64,000 nucleotides of DNA, from assembly GCA_902521725.1 (NCBI GenBank), contig CABYTF010000005.1, positions 118-64,117 on the forward strand. The letters are read 5' to 3'. Position 1 is the first letter of the stretch. Each line of letters begins with the position of its first letter. This DNA comes from an uncultured Gammaproteobacteria bacterium. GTDB taxonomy: Bacteria; Pseudomonadota; Gammaproteobacteria; GCA-002705445; GCA-002716945. Below, piece after piece: positions 63,149 through 64,000 of this stretch. Below the pieces are notes generated by a model. It saw only the letters and a list, made by a program, of their open reading frames with translations. It did no database searches and was not told the DNA's origin. A program made the translations under genes and the position numbers.

Positions 63149-63622
63149 ATGGATAAAATACCAATGACCGTTGAGGGTGAGAAGTTACTCAGAGATGAGC
63201 TTCATGAATTAAAGACTGTGAAACGACCAATGATAACTGAAGCCATTAAGGAAGCAAGAGAAAAAGGTGACCTAAAGGAAAATGCTGAATATCACGCCGC
63301 GCGCGAACAGCAGAGTTTTGCTGAGGGAAGAATAAAAGATATTGAGGGTAAACTGTCCAATTCTCAGATTATTGACATATCAAAAATTCCAGCATCAGAT
63401 AAAGTCATCTTTGGAACCACTGTAATTGTAGTTGATGAAAATAATAAAAAAGTCACATATAAAATCGTTGGTGAAGATGAAGCAGACTTAAAAAAAGGAA
63501 AGCTGTCAGTAACATCCCCTATTTCTAGGTCTCTAGTAGGGAAAAGTGAGGGTGACGTAGTCACCATCAAGACGCCATCCGGAAACATTGAATATGAAAT
63601 CTTTGAGGTCAAATATGTCTGA
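63149..63622 (+). CDS. greA: Transcription elongation factor GreA
   Basis: [30 protein letters not shown]. Confidence 0.96.
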   Translation: MDKIPMTVEGEKLLRDELHELKTVKRPMITEAIKEAREKGDLKENAEYHAAREQQSFAEGRIKDIEGKLSNSQIIDISKIPASDKVIFGTTVIVVDENNKKVTYKIVGEDEADLKKGKLSVTSPISRSLVGKSEGDVVTIKTPSGNIEYEIFEVKYV

Positions 63623-63989
63623 AGTACAGAAAAATGTTTTGGGCGAAGATCTAGAAGTCTGCGGGTCAGATCCAGTTACAGGATATTTAAGAGATGGCTG
63701 TTGTAATACAGATTCATTTGATAGGGGCTCTCACACAGTTTGTGCAGTAGTCACTTCAGATTTCTTAAAATTCTCCAAATCTAGAGGAAATGATCTTATG
63801 ACGCCAATTCCTGAACTAGACTTCGCTGGACTTACTGATGGGGATTCGTGGTGCTTGTGCGCTGATAGATGGCTTGAGGCATATCAAAATCATAAAGCTC
63901 CATTCGTCAAACTAAAATCAACAAATATCAAAGCTCTTGAAAAAATTGACTTAGATAGTTTAAAAGAATTCGCTCTAGACATATCTTGA
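63615..63989 (+). CDS. DUF2237 family protein
   Basis: [37 protein letters not shown]. Confidence 0.88.
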   Translation: MSEVQKNVLGEDLEVCGSDPVTGYLRDGCCNTDSFDRGSHTVCAVVTSDFLKFSKSRGNDLMTPIPELDFAGLTDGDSWCLCADRWLEAYQNHKAPFVKLKSTNIKALEKIDLDSLKEFALDIS

Positions 63990-64000
63990 CATTATTTCAC

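Noticed and set aside
61770-63150. tRNA-integrated genomic island or prophage
   Set aside because: No integrase and no duplicated tRNA 3' end; the genes lie on the 5' side of both tRNAs

Overview
A very AT-rich, tightly packed chromosome segment from a streamlined Gammaproteobacterium, judged from the proteins and gene order. A marine free-living lineage is plausible but cannot be proven from the sequence. 1-13.8 kb: amino-acid symporter, nadC, nhaA, then holA-proA-nadD-rsfS-yhdP-nitrilase-tldD-pmbA on the minus strand. 13.8-19.7 kb: a block separating holA from lptE that holds an Irr-type regulator, a rubrerythrin/Fe-S oxidoreductase/DUF3501 operon, pyrD and an MBL hydrolase. 19.7-32.2 kb: MFS-ssb-miaB-phoH-ybeY-corC-lnt-leuS-lptE, plus uvrA. 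32.2-61.8 kb: the ribosomal super-cluster (alpha, spc, S10, str, rpoBC, rplKAJL, nusG, secE, one tuf, tRNAs). The end has four uncharacterised coupled ORFs, an inverted tRNA-Thr, greA and a DUF2237 gene. I saw no CRISPR array, transposase, integrase or prophage. The best leads are: (1) a ~200-nt multi-hairpin candidate ncRNA inside the tRNA operon between tRNA-Gly and tRNA-Thr; (2) a perfect Irr-type ICE palindrome on the -10 box of the rubrerythrin operon with an Irr gene next door; (3) nadD lacking any ATG/GTG/TTG start, probably using ATT; (4) an uncharacterised 4-gene operon between divergent tRNAs; (5) recurrent leaderless-type promoters. All RNA structures and motifs were read by eye, not computed.
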